Shown here piece by piece: positions 38,959-51,660 of a DNA stretch of 64,000 nucleotides. Position numbers and translations under genes: made by a program. Within the stretch, counting starts at the first letter, position 1; each line of letters begins with the position of its first letter. The notes under the pieces are model-generated. The model did not search any database. It saw only the letters and a program-made list of their open reading frames with translations, and was not told the DNA's origin. Source of the DNA: Mobula birostris (taxonomy: Eukaryota); NCBI RefSeq assembly GCF_030028105.1, contig NC_092395.1:43366459-43430458 (forward strand), given 5' to 3'.

Positions 38959-40877
38959 TGTCATGGTCCGGTCCATGGACTCAGGACTCCGGGTCTTCCA
39001 GCCGTCCCTTGTTTGACTAAATCGAAGGCACCTGATTCCCATCTTTGGGCTTGCAATATATGTAGCCTTGGGATTGAGTGTGGATGGCTGGTTTGGCTTG
39101 TCAGTCCCCCTTGGAGCAATCTGCCAATGGAAGGCTAGTGAATCCATTTGTGATCTCTAGGCCTGGTTGGAGGACCACTGCTTCATGGAGCCTTGTTGCC
39201 ACTCATTGGAGTAGTCTTTGCGGTATGGATTTGGCTGTTTCCCGTGCCAGATGAGTGGCTGCCAGACACTCCAAGCTAGATAGGGAGCTGGCTCTTTCCG
39301 TAGCCAGCTGAGGTTGCTGGCTGAACTGAGACTCGGAGCTTCCCCGGAGCAGAGATGGAACTGTCTGTCGTTCTTTGGTGTTTGTCTCTTCTTGTCCTTG
39401 CCTCTATGGGGTAAGCCAGGCTCTTTTGCCATTGCCCTGCAGGAGGATCTGTCTTGTCTTGTCCTCGCCTCTGTGGGGTAAGCCAGGCTATTTTGCCGTT
39501 GCCCTACAGGGGATCTGTCTTGTCTTGTCCTTGCCTCTGTGGGGTAAGCCAGGCTGTTTTGCTGTTGCCCTGTGGGGGGATCTGTCTTGTCTTGTCCTTG
39601 CCTCTGTTGGGTAAGTCTGGCCATTCTGCTGTTACCTGACAGAGAAAGCTGTCCCACCTTGGTGTGGAGATGAATTTGAGTCCCGGCTTGTCGTAGGATA
39701 AGTCCCGGCTCTATGTCTATGTTCTGTCCTGTCTCATATGTGTGTTGTCTAAAAGATGAGTCCTGGCTTGTCGAAGGATAAGTCCCGGCTCTATGTTGAT
39801 GTTCAGTTACCAGTCTGCCTCTCAGCTCCAGACCCTGAATTATCAGCCTCCGCATTTCAAGATGAAGACCCCAAGCTTCAAGGATACCAAGCCTCGAGGA
39901 TCCCAAGCCAAGCTCCAAGAACCCAAGCCTCGAGGATCCCAAGCCAAGCCCAAGACCCAAGACCCCAGCCTCAAGCCAAGCTCGAGACCCAAGACCCCAG
40001 CCTCAAGCCAAGCTCGAGACCCAAGACCCCAGCCTCAAGCCGAGACCCAAGACCCCAGCCTCAAGCCAAGCTCGAGACCCAAGACCCCAGCCTCAAGCCA
40101 AGCTCGAGACCCAAGACCCTAGCCTCAAGCCAAGCTCGAGACCCAAGACCCCAGCCTCAAGCCGAGACCCAAGACCCCAGCCTCAAGCCAAGCTCGAGAC
40201 CCAAGACCCCAGCCTCAAGCCAAGCTCGAGACCCGACCCTAGCCTCAAGCCAAGCTCGAGACCCAAGACCCCAGCCTCAAGCCAAGCTCGAGACCCAAGA
40301 CCCCAGCCTCAAGCCAAGCTCAAGACCCAAGACCCCAAGCCTCAAGAATCCCAAGACCTGGGACCCCAAGCCTTGAGGATCCCAAGCCAAGCTCAAGACC
40401 TGAGACCCCAAGCCTCGAGGATCCCAAGCCAAGCTCAAGACCCAAGACCCCAGCCTCAAGTCATGTCATGTCCTTGCCTGGTTCTGGGGTCCGAGCCTGA
40501 AGCAAGACCCAGGTACTGGGTCCTTGTCCAATCTCGGGCTTGGAGTCTGAGCCTTGTCTTGTCTCCAAGCTCAGGCCTCTAGACACCAGCCACGTCCTGT
40601 CCTGAAGCCATGTCATGTCCTTGCCTGGTTCTGGGGTCTGAGCCTGAGGCAAGACCCAGGTTCTGGGCCCTTGTCCAATCTCGGGCTCGGAGTCCAAGCC
40701 TTGTCTCCTAGTGCATGGTTCCTAGTCCTGGTCCCGCTTTCCCTAGCCCAACTCTGCATTCTTTTCCCTGCTCCTTGTCAGAATCCTGTCACATCCCTAC
40801 TCTAGTCACGTCCTATTCCTTGTGCTTCAGTGTCTGTGTCTTGCATTTGGGTCTGTTTCCAGCACTCCATTGTGACA
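38959..40877. mobile_element. Long solo LTR related to 8520-9980, enlarged by tandem repeats
   Basis: TGTCATGGTCC...CCATTGTGACA; degraded 5-bp TSD CCTTC/CCACC; empty paralogous site near 49280. Confidence 0.85.
39870..40460. repeat. About 32-bp tandem repeat (CAAGCTCGAGACCCAAGACCCCAGCCTCAAGC)n within the LTR
   Basis: Directly visible array with shorter (about 22-bp) variant units. Confidence 0.93.
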
Positions 40878-41989
40878 CCACCTGAAAATCCAAGTGCACA
40901 ACATCTTATTTTCTTTTGTCTTATCTGCTTGTTCTTTCTTCAAAGAATTCCAACAGTATTGTCAGGCAAGGTTTTCCCTTAAGGAAGCCATGCTGATTAA
41001 GGCATATTTTTCACATGCCTCCAATATCCCAAAACCATTTATTTAACAATCGACTCCAATATCCTCCTAATCACTGAGGTCAGACTAACCAGCCAATTTT
41101 TTTTTTTCTTTTGCTTCTCTCCCTTCTTGAAGAGTGGAATGACATTTGCAATTTTCCATTCCTCTGGTATCATACCAGAATCAATTGATTCTTGAAATAT
41201 CATTACTGATTCCTCTACAATCTCTTCAGCTACCTCTTTCAGAACCCTGGAGTGTATACTATCTGGTCCAGGTGGCTTATCTACCTTCAGACCTTTCAGT
41301 TTCCCAAGAAACTTCTCCCTAGATATGGCAACTTTACACACTTCTGCTGCATGACTCACATGAAGTTCCTGCATACTGCTGGTGTCTTCCACAGTGAAGA
41401 CTGGTGCAAAATACTTATTCAGTTCATCTGCCATTTCCTTGTCCCTCATAACTACCTCTCCAGCATCATTTTTCAGCAGTCCAATACCTTCTCTTGCCTT
41501 TCTCTTCCACTTTCTGTATCAAAAGAAACTTTGGATATACTCTTTAACATTATAGGCTAGCTTGCTTTTGTATTCCATTTTTCTTTCTTTCTGACTGTTT
41601 AGTTGCCTTCTGTTGGTCTTAAAAAGCTTTGCAATCCTCTACCTTCCCACTGATGTTTGCTCTACTATATGCCCTCAGTTTGGCTGTTTCGTTGGCTTTG
41701 ACTTCTTTTGTCAGCCACGGTTGTGTCATCCTGCCTTCCGAATACTTGTTCCTCTTTGGGATGTATTTTTCCTGCACCTTCCAAATTCCTCCCAGAAAGT
41801 CCAGCCATTGCTGCTCTGCCAGTGTTCTTCTCATATCAGTATTGGCCAGCTCCTCTCTCATGCCTCTGTAATTCCCTTCACTCCACTGCAATAGTGGTAG
41901 ATAAATAAATAAGTGGATAGATAAGTAAGTAGGTAACTAAATGAACAAATAAATAGATTGATAGACAGGTTATGGGTAACACTGCTGTT

Positions 41990-43235
41990 GGCCCACCTCC
42001 GTATCACAAAGGCGACGGTGCATTTCTCAGGAGACAGAGCTCCAGGAAACAAACCCACACAACCAGATTTCTTTACTTTCAGCAACGAGGGAAGTGATGT
42101 CAGTACTGGCCACTCCAGTGGGGAATTCACATTTGAGTATCATCATCCTTCCACTAAACTCTTAATGCTCCCACTCTACCACATCTGTACTGACCACATT
42201 ACAATTCACACAAGTAGTAGTGGAAATATGGGTTCCGTAAAGTTAATAAATTGCTTATCTTAGACAGAAAATCTGCCAATTCAGTCTTGCTTTAGATTCT
42301 AGTGAACCAGGACAGGAAAGATTATACAAGTGAGGATCAAGCTCGATTTGAAATTAACAAACTCATGAATTGTGAGCATATTTCAATAACTACATATTTA
42401 ATGAAGGAAGGTTTTACATATCCTGTGTAAGACCATGCTAAATATGGATCATCATACAGTTATCCCATTTTCAGTTGTGTTTGTTACACATCAAGCAAAT
42501 TTTTACATCCTCAATGACCAGAATGGGTGAAACTTCTATACTGTGAAATAGTTCACCCATTGTACAGTGCTTCTTGGATGTTGATGAAACTTTAGATCAA
42601 AATCTCTCAAAGTAAAAATCCTCTCTTTGTGGTTGGGAGCAGGAAGGGTGGCTACCCTTCACATGGTGACCTTGTTTGGTTCCCACATTTCACCTGTGGA
42701 CATGGCCATGCTGTCATTTTCAGACCCGAGATCCAGGAATGAAAACCTGGTCACATCTCTGTCATTTCTCGGACATGCCCAAGTTTAACGAATAAGGGTA
42801 TGCAGAAAGCAACTTCAGATAACAATTCTATATGGGTTGTCACTGAGGAATAACTGCATATCCACAATTTACAATTGTGTTTTTGTAGTTCAATTTTTCT
42901 TTTTCACTGAGGGCATATGTGCATCTAACCCTGTGACGACTCTTCCCATGAGAATCCGAACAGTGAGTGTGGGCAGACAAGGGCAAGTGAATCCATCTCA
43001 CCCAGTGTTGTCCTCTTCAAACAGCCAGCAATCAGGGTCACTGATAGTGAGCAGGAGTGTGGACATCATGGCTGAGGTTTAACTTGTAATGCTGAGCTGG
43101 GACATTGGTTATAGTAACTGAATTCTCCTTGGAAGAACAATTGATCAATTCTGGAATAGGCAGCATGACATGGACCTTGTTGTTCTCTACATCTCAAGAA
43201 ATGATTATGTGAAGACACATTCTATTATATTAAAT
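41990..43235 (+). other. Unit U copy 2: unidentified sequence with decayed long reading frames
   Basis: See finding; preceded by an ATAG/ATAA-rich tract at about 41890-41970. Confidence 0.75.
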
Positions 43236-43249
43236 CTATCTACATATTT

Positions 43250-44420
43250 ACACTGGGATCAATGACATACAGCTCCCTTGGATCCGTTACCTCATTTATT
43301 GCATTGAGATCTGGTCATCCCATTATGGGAACAATGCTTTAGAGAGGGTGCAGAATAGGTTTATGAGGATGCTCTCCAAAGTTGAAGGCAGGTGCTGTAG
43401 GGAGGGTTTGGATAAATCTGGTGTTTTATTCCCATTATAAAAGTATCTGACAGTAGATGGCATGCATTTATGGTAAGAGGGGTAAGTTCAAAGGAGATTT
43501 GCAGGGTACATATTTACACAAAGAGTGGTGAGTGCCCAGAATGCACTGTCAGAGTTGGTAGTGGATGTTAAGATGATAAAAGGCATTTCTGACGCTCTTA
43601 AGTAGGCACCTGAATGTTCAGAGAAGGAAGACAGATGAATATTGCATAGCAGAAAGGAATTGTTTATTCAAGCATTAATTAACCTTGTGGCTCAAAAGGC
43701 CAGTTCCTGTTCTGTACTATTCCCTGTTCCTTTCTGATCATCACAGGAAGGTAAATGCAACTTCGGCATTAGTTTTGAGGGGAGTATAATATAAAAACAA
43801 GGATGTAATGTTGAGGCTCTACAAGGTATTAGTCAGACTGCACAAGGAGTATTGTGAGTAGTTTTTGGTTCCCTTATCTGGAAAAGGATGTACTGGCTTC
43901 ATAGAGGAGGTTCACAAGGGTAATCGCTGGAATGAAAAGGTTAACGTTTGATGTGTGTTTGATACCTCTGGACCTGTACTCACGGGAGTTCAGAAGAATG
44001 AGGAGGGGATCTAATTGAATCCTATTGAATATTGAAAAGCCAAGTGGAGTGGATGTGGAGAGGATGTTTCCAATATTTGGAGAATACAGGATGAGGGAGC
44101 ACAGCCTCAGAATACGAGGATGTCCCTTTTGAAAAGAGATGGAAAGGAAGTTCATTAGCCAGAGGGTGATGAATGTGTTGAGGTTTTTGCCACAGGCAGC
44201 TGTGGAGGCCATCTCAATGGTTTTATTTAAAGCAGAGATTGATAAGTTCTTGATCAGTAATAGTGACAAAGCATATGGACAGAAAGCCAGAGAATGGGGT
44301 TCAGAAGGATAATGAATCAACCATGAATCAATGAGGTTGAAAAGGATAATAAATTAAACATGACAAAGCAGACTCGATGGGTCAAATGGCCTAATTCTTC
44401 TCCTATGTTTTATGGTCTTA
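43250..44420 (+). mobile_element. Two consecutive CR1 3' fragments
   Basis: Decayed RT C-terminus and 3' UTR; left part paralogous to 51690-52170, right part to 56045-56705. Confidence 0.8.
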
Positions 44421-45972
44421 TGTAGGTCTTGCAGTGGAAGGAAGATTCCTGATGAAGCAGCAAACATGCTTGGGTTGAATGTAGTCCATGAGCAACTGCT
44501 GCAGTGATATCATGGGACTGGGACGCTTGAAGTACAACAACCACAAAATTTTACACAGGTGAGATATAATTCCAGTCACTGGTGTGCTTTACTCATGATA
44601 CCCCATTGATTTCCGTGTTACCAGAAGTTGATGGCATGATTGAGGATAACAGAACAGGTATCAATGGGGTTGCTCTGTTGGGAACTTGCATTAACCCAAC
44701 GGACTGAATGGCCTCATTATGCATTTTAATAAATTGCACCATAAGACCACAACACATAGGAGCAGAAACAGGTCATTCAGCTCATCTACTCCGCCATTGC
44801 ATTATGGCTGATTTATTAGCAGCAGTAGTTCAATGCAATACATAAACTAGAAGAGAAAACTAAATAAATAAAATAATAATAATAATAATAAATTAGCAAG
44901 TAAATCAATTACAGTATATATCTAACCCTCAGGCTTGGCCAGCATGTGTCTGTCTTGGGGGAAATAACTTCTGGCTCTGTCAAACTGAGAAATCTCGTTT
45001 GTGTGGATGCTACGTGATGTGTTGTCCGGTTACAAATCCGCACTGCAAAATATGAAACAGTACACAATATGTGATTAAGCAATTGACCTTTGTCATGCTT
45101 AATTTGACTCTATGGTTAGTAAAGAAACAAAAAAAACAAAATGGGTCCATTCTCATGAAACAGTCCATTGTGCATTATTGGAGGTCACTATTTGTTCATT
45201 TGTTCCCATTGACCTCCAAGCATAGCCTGCCTTTGCACCCACGCTCATCATTCCACTCTGACCAGCAGTCTTCTGACTGTCGCCATGCAGACCCCTATCT
45301 CTCCATCGATCCCCGATGAAAAGACCGCGAGAAACCCGGCTCGCAGACACACAAGAAAGAACAACATTTCTCCCATTGGATTCCAAAGCCCCATTATCTC
45401 TTGTCATAACCCAAATATTGCTGTTACAGAGAAACCATTACCTCAGCAGTGGAACATTGCATAGAAGCCATGACATTAGCCTTGACAGTGAAACCTTACA
45501 GCGCGTTACAAACGTATATTGAATAGATTAAAAAACGTGCAAAAACAGAAATATTAAAAAAGTAAGGTAGTATCCAAGGGTTCAATGTCCATTTAGAAAT
45601 CGGATGGCAGAGGGAAAAAAGCTGTTCCTGAATCGTTGACTGTGTGCCTTCATGCTTCTTAGGTTAGTAGGTTAACTGGTCATTGTAAATTGTCTCATGA
45701 TTAGGTTAGTGTTAAATCAGGGGTTGCTGGGCTACGTGGGTTGAAGAGCTGGAAGGCCCTTTTCCACACTGTAGCTCTAAATTAATGCAAATCAGTAAAC
45801 TAGGTAGACAGGTTTGTGTGTGTGTGCATGTGCGTGATGAACCCTTCGGACCAGCAAGGGGCGTCGGGTAGCAGCAGGTCTTGATGCATCTGAATGTCAT
45901 TTATTTGAGGTTATTGGATTTATTTTAATGACTACTTTTATCATTAAGCAGACACTTTTTTTATGGGATGCC

Positions 45973-47470
45973 TGTCATGTGAATACGGTTTCCTGTGCTT
46001 CTTATTCTTGGTCCTTTTTTTGATTTTGATTTTGACCCTCAAGGGTTGCTTGCGTATTATATTCCATTTAAGTTTATTCTGGACCAGCACTCATCGCTGA
46101 GTCCTGAATTTTCATTCTGTGAGCTCTAGTCCTGAGTAAGTGAGCAGTTGGTTTGATTACTCTTTACATTATTCTCCAAATAAATCTTCATCATTAATTT
46201 CCTCTGTCTGCAGAGTCCTGAATTTACTCTGTACCCGGATCCGCTCGTCTGAATATTATGACAGCAGGACTCAGCCAGTCATGGACACAGTGGAGTTTGA
46301 TGTCATGAACAGCATCTCCAATAAATACTTGCATCATTGCAGAAGGACTCTGGTTTGAATCACTCGCCTGTGTGTCCTGCTAAATGTTCCCAGAACTACC
46401 ATGGAGAGTCAATTAATCTGCTGCCCTGGAGCGATACAATAGGGACACTGAATCTTGCCGCGAGTTCTAAAATCAATTCTCCCTAGTCGTTGAGTTAGAA
46501 CTTGCAGGGTTCCCTTCGGACAGGTATAAGGAGGCCTATATAATTTCCCTCCTCTCGGGCAGAGCCCTTTCATGGGCAACAGCTTTAGAGGAGAAGGATG
46601 CTGCTGTGTATTCTGAGATAAATCTAATTGTAAGAATGATGAGGAGAATATTCTGTCATCCTGCTGGGGCCTCAGAGGGAGCCAGCAGACGTCTACAGCT
46701 ACATCAGGGAGCGTGATACATGGCCGACTATTGCATTGATTTTTGTACCCACATGGCAGAACGCATGTGGAATAATGTTTAGACAGGGATTAAATGACCA
46801 GTTTAGAGGCGTTTTTGCGTCCAAGGATCAGGCAGTGCAATTGGAGGAATTTAAGACGTGACCATAAGAATTGACAATCATATTCCTGAAAGAAGGCCGG
46901 AGAGATGTGGCAAGTTCACCCAGAAGGCTGTTTCTCAGAAATGCCCAATGCCTACTCCGGTTCCTCAATCTAGTAGCCAAAGCAGACCCCACAGACTTTT
47001 CTGGAAAATCCCATGTAACCTGGAACAAGCCGGGTCTCCCCAGCAGAGTGAGAGGGACATATGAGGCAGAAGCATTGCTAGTACTGTGGTACAACTGGCC
47101 ACTTCCGAGTCACCTGCCCCAGGTTGTTGGGAAAACTCCAAGAACTGTCCAGTGAGTGGAAAACTCTTAAGGTTAGTCTCAAGACTCTCTCCCGTTTTGT
47201 CAAGTTCTGGAGTGGATATACTACTCCTAATATCTTGGGGGAGACATCAACATTCTGTGAGAGCCTTAGAAGAATCTGGATCATCAGAAAATTTTTTGGA
47301 CATCAGACTGGCTGAGAGATTCCAAATTCATAAGGTAAGACTCTGTCATCTTATCTGTGCTACGGCCTTGGATGGTAGACTGTTGGAATATGGACATATC
47401 CTTCATCTTTCTGTCCTCTCAAGTTGACGAACGGAAGTCCTAAGGATCCAATTCATTTCTACCTTATTCA
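45973..47470 (+). mobile_element. Old Ty3/Gypsy LTR-gag-protease remnant (copy in segment C)
   Basis: LTR 45973-46263; gag remnant; protease EESGSSENFLD..ATALDGRLL; paralog of 35521-37830. Confidence 0.75.
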
Positions 47471-47489
47471 TTCTCCAGCCATTCCCCTA

Positions 47490-50290
47490 ATAAGACCATA
47501 AGATACAGAATTAGAAATAAGGCCATTTGGCTCAACTATTCTGCTCCACCATTTCATCATGATGGATCCATTTCCCTTCTCAGCTCCAATCCCGTCTTCT
47601 CTTTGTATCCTTTCATGCCGTGACTGATCAAGAATCTAATCAACCTCTCCCTTAAATATTAGATTAGATTAGATTATGAGGACACACAGTCCTCTTTTAT
47701 TGTCATTTAGTAATGCATGCATCAAGAAATGATACAATGCCTTTCCAGAATGATATCACGGAAACACATGACAAACCGACTTAAAACCTAACAAAAACCA
47801 CATCATTATAACATATAGTTACAACAGTGCAAAGCAATACCGTAACTTGATAAGAACAGACCATGGCACAGTAAAAGTCTCAAAGTCTCTCGGAAGTCCC
47901 ATCATCTCACGCAGACGGTAAACCTCCGGCGCCACCAACTTGCCGATGCAGCATACTGGAAGCATCCGACCACAGTCCGACTCCGAGTCCATCCGAAAAC
48001 TCCGAGCCTCTGACCAGATCTCTGACACCGAGCGCCGAGCACCATCTCTGCTGAGTGCTTCAACCCAGGCCCCATCAACAGACAATGAGGCAAAGCCGAG
48101 GATTTGGGGCCTTCATCTCCAGAGATTCTCGATCATACAGCAGCAGTGGCAGTGAAGCAGGCATTTCAGAAGTTACTCCAGATGTTCCTCCCTGCTTCTC
48201 ACGGCTGTCTCCATCAAATCCAGTTTGTGCACAGTCCCCTAGTTATACATACGATATTCATGCGGAACGGAAGCGCGCGCTGTTGCGCCACCACCTTCTC
48301 CTCCCTCCACGGACTTGGCATCCACACTCACCTGTGGCAATGAATTCCACAGATTCATCACTCACTGGCTGAAGAAATTCCTCCTCATCTCCATTCTAAA
48401 AGGGTGCCTGTATTTTGAGGCTATGTCCTCTGGTCTTGTACTCCTCCACCATAGGGAACATCCTCTCCACATCCACTTTGTTGAGGTCTTTCAACATTCA
48501 ATAGCTTTCAATGAAGTCACCCCTCATTCTTCTGAATTCCAGTGAGTAGAGGCCTAGAGCATAAAATGCTCCTCATATGATAAGCTTTTCAATCCTGGAA
48601 TCGTTTTTGTGAACCTCCTTTGTACCCTCTCCAATGTCAGCATATCCGTTCTCAGATAAGGGGCCCAAAACTGCTCATAATACTCCCCTGTGCTTTATAA
48701 AGCCTGAGCATAGCATCCTTGTTTTTGTATTGTAACCCTCTCAAAATGAATGCTAACATCACATTTGCCTTCTTCACTGCCAACTGACCTTGTAAATTAA
48801 CCATCAGGGAATCTTGCAGAAAGACTCCTAAGTCGTTTTGCACCTCAGATTTTTAAAATTCCTCTCCATTTAGAAAATAGACTACCTTTTTATTTCTTCT
48901 ACCAAACTGCATGATCAGACACTTCCTGACACTGTAATCCATCTGCCACTTTGCCCATTCTCCTAATTTATCTAAGTCCTTCTGTATGCTTTCTACTTGC
49001 TCAGAATGATGTGCCCTGCACCTATCTTCATATTGTCCACAAACCTGGCCACAAAACCATCAATTCCAGCATCCAAGTCATTGGCATATAACGTAAAAAT
49101 AAGCCGTCCTAACAGAGACCTCTGTGGAACAGCACGAGTCACAAGCAGCCAACCAGAAAAGGCTCCCTTTCAGTTTTGCCTCCTGTTAATCAGCCAATGC
49201 TCCATCCATGTTAATATCTTTCCTGTCATACCATAGCTCTTAAATTGTTAAGTAGCCTCATGTGCGGCACCTTGTCAAAGGTCTTCTGAAAATCCAAGTG
49301 CACAACATCTGATTCTCCTTTGTCTGATCTGTGTATTCTTTCTTCAAAGAATCCCAACAGTACTGTCAGGCCAGGTTTTCCCTTATGGAAACCATGCTGA
49401 TTAAAGCATACTTCATCACATGCCTCCAAGTAACCCAAAACCACTTCCTTAACAATCGACTCCTACATCATCCCAATCAATGTCAGACTAACCAGTCAAT
49501 AATTTCTTTTTGCCTCTCTCCCTTCTTGAAGAGTGGAATGACATTTGCAATTTTCCATTCCTCTAGTACCATACCAGAATGAATTGATTCTAGAAAGATT
49601 ACTACTAACATCTCTACAACATCTTCAGCTACCTCTTTCAGAACCCTGGGGCAGATACCATCTGGTCCAGGTGACTTACCTACCTTCAGACCTTTCAGTT
49701 TCCCAAGCATCTTCTCCCTAGATATCGCAACTTCATACACTTCTGCTGCATAACTAACACGAAGTTCCAGCATACTGCTGGTGTCTTCGACAGTGAACAC
49801 TGATACAAAATACTTAATCAGTTCATCTGCCATTTTCTTGACCCTCATTACTACCTCTCCTGCATCATTTTCCAGCAGTCCAGTATCTTCTCTTGTCTTT
49901 TCCCTGCATTTGACATATCAAAAGAAACTTTTGATATACTCTTAATATTATTTTGTGAGCTTACTTTCGTATTCCATTTTTTCTTTCTTTGTGACTTTTT
50001 AGTTGCCTTCTGTTGGTTTTAAAAAGCTTCCCAATCCTCAAACTTCCCACTAACGTTTGCTCAATGATATGCCCTCAGTTCGTCTTTTATGTTATCTTTG
50101 ACTTCTTTTGTCAGCCATGGTTGTGTCATCCTAACTTTAGAGTACTTCTTCCTCTTTGGGATGTATTTTTCCTGCATTTGCCAAATTGCTCTCAGATAGT
50201 CCATCCATTATTACTTTGCGGTCATCTCTGCCAGTGTTCTGCTCTTATCAGTTTTGGTCATTTCCTCTCTCATACCTCTGTAATTCCCTT
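47490..50290 (-). mobile_element. Decayed CR1 (segment C) with a younger retroposon tail inserted at about 47660-48305
   Basis: KKMADELIKYF, PGPDGICPRVLKE, QHGFHKGK; the insert has an (AGATT)n tail and is absent from segment B. Confidence 0.8.
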
Positions 50291-50399
50291 CACTCCTCTG
50301 TAATACTGGTACATATATAAATAACCAGATATATAGATAGATATGTAAGTAACTAAATGAACAAACAAATAAACAGATTGATAGATAATCGGTAACAGT

Positions 50400-51660
50400 G
50401 TCTTGGGCCCAACTCTGTATCATAAATGTGACAGTGCATTTCTCAGGAGACAGAGCTCCAGCAAACAAACCCACACAACCGGATTTCTCTACTTTCGGCA
50501 ACAAGGGAGGTGATGTCACTAGCGGCCACTCCAGTGGGGAATTCACATTTGAGTATCATCATCCTTCCACCAAACTCTTAATGCTCCCACTCTGCCTCGT
50601 CTGTACTGACCACGTTACAATTCACACAAGTAGCAGTGGTAATATGGGTTCAGTAAAGTCAATAAATTACTTATCTAAGACAGAAAACCTGCAAACTCAG
50701 ACTTGCTTTAGATTCTAGTGAGCCGGGACAGGAAAGATTACACAAGTGAGGAACATGCTTGATTTGAAATTGACAAACTCATGAATTCTGAGCATATTTC
50801 AATTAGTACCTATTTAATGAAGGAAGGGTGTACATATCCTGTGTATGACGATGGTAAATATGGAACATCATACAGTTATCTCATTCTCAGTTGCGTTTGT
50901 TACACATCAAACAAATTTTCACTTCCTCAATGGCAGGAATGGGTCAGAATTCAACTCTGTGAAATAGTTCACCCATTGTACAGTACTTCTTGAATGTTGA
51001 TGAAACTTTGGATCAAAATCTCTCAAAGAAAGAATACTATCCTTGTGGTTGGGAACAGGAAGGGTAACTGCCCTTCACATGGTGACCTTGTTTAGTTCCC
51101 ACATTTCACCTATGGACATGGCCATGCTGTTGTTTTCAGTCCTAGAGATCCTGAAAACAAAATCTGGTCGCATCTGTGTCCTTTCTCAGACATGCCCAGG
51201 TTTAATGAATAAGAGCATACAGAAAGTAGCTTCAGATAACAATTCCATATCAGTTGTCACTGAGAAGAATAACTGCATATCCACAATTTACACGTGTTTG
51301 CGTGGTTCAAATTTCCTCTGTCTCTGAGGGCATCAGGAGCATCTAACCCAGTGACAACTCTTCCCATGGAAATCCAGACAGTGAGTGTGGGCAGACAAGG
51401 GCAAGTGAATCCATCTCACCCAGTGCTGCCCTTTTCAAACAGCCAGCAATCAGGGTCACTGATAGTGAGCAGGAGTGTGGACATCCTGGCTGAGGTTTAA
51501 CTTGTAATCCTGAGCAGGGACATTGGTTGTAGTAACTGCATTCTCCTTGGAAGAACAATTGATCAATTCTGGAATAGGCAGAATGATGTGGACCTTGTTG
51601 TTCTGTACATTTCAATAAATGATTATGTAAAGACACATTCTATTATATTAAAAATATCTA
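50400..51660 (+). other. Unit U copy 3: unidentified sequence with decayed long reading frames
   Basis: ORFs 50398-50718, 50781-50993, 51043-51327 and 51294-51500 align with copy 2. Confidence 0.75.

Larger units (their letters stand above)
37850..41870 (-). mobile_element. Decayed CR1 (segment B), interrupted by the LTR at 38959-40877
   Basis: DKEMADELNKYF, PGPDSIHSRVLKE, AVPHGFVLGPLLF; paralogous to 47490-50290. Confidence 0.85.

Noticed and set aside
39870-40460. CRISPR-like regular repeats
   Set aside because: No unique spacers; contiguous tandem units in a vertebrate LTR.
39157-40805. Long Pro/Gln/Ser-rich ORFs (up to 267 aa)
   Set aside because: Translations of the tandem array inside a solo LTR.
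42560-42830. Caspase-like (SHG..CPSL), NACHT-like (FPHFT) and C1-set-like (C-x13-W, FTCxxxH) hints in unit U
   Set aside because: Spacings do not fit and the motifs are too short; family left unassigned.
45091-45510. Candidate solo LTR (TGTCA...GTTACA)
   Set aside because: No clear TSD at these ends; boundaries could not be supported.
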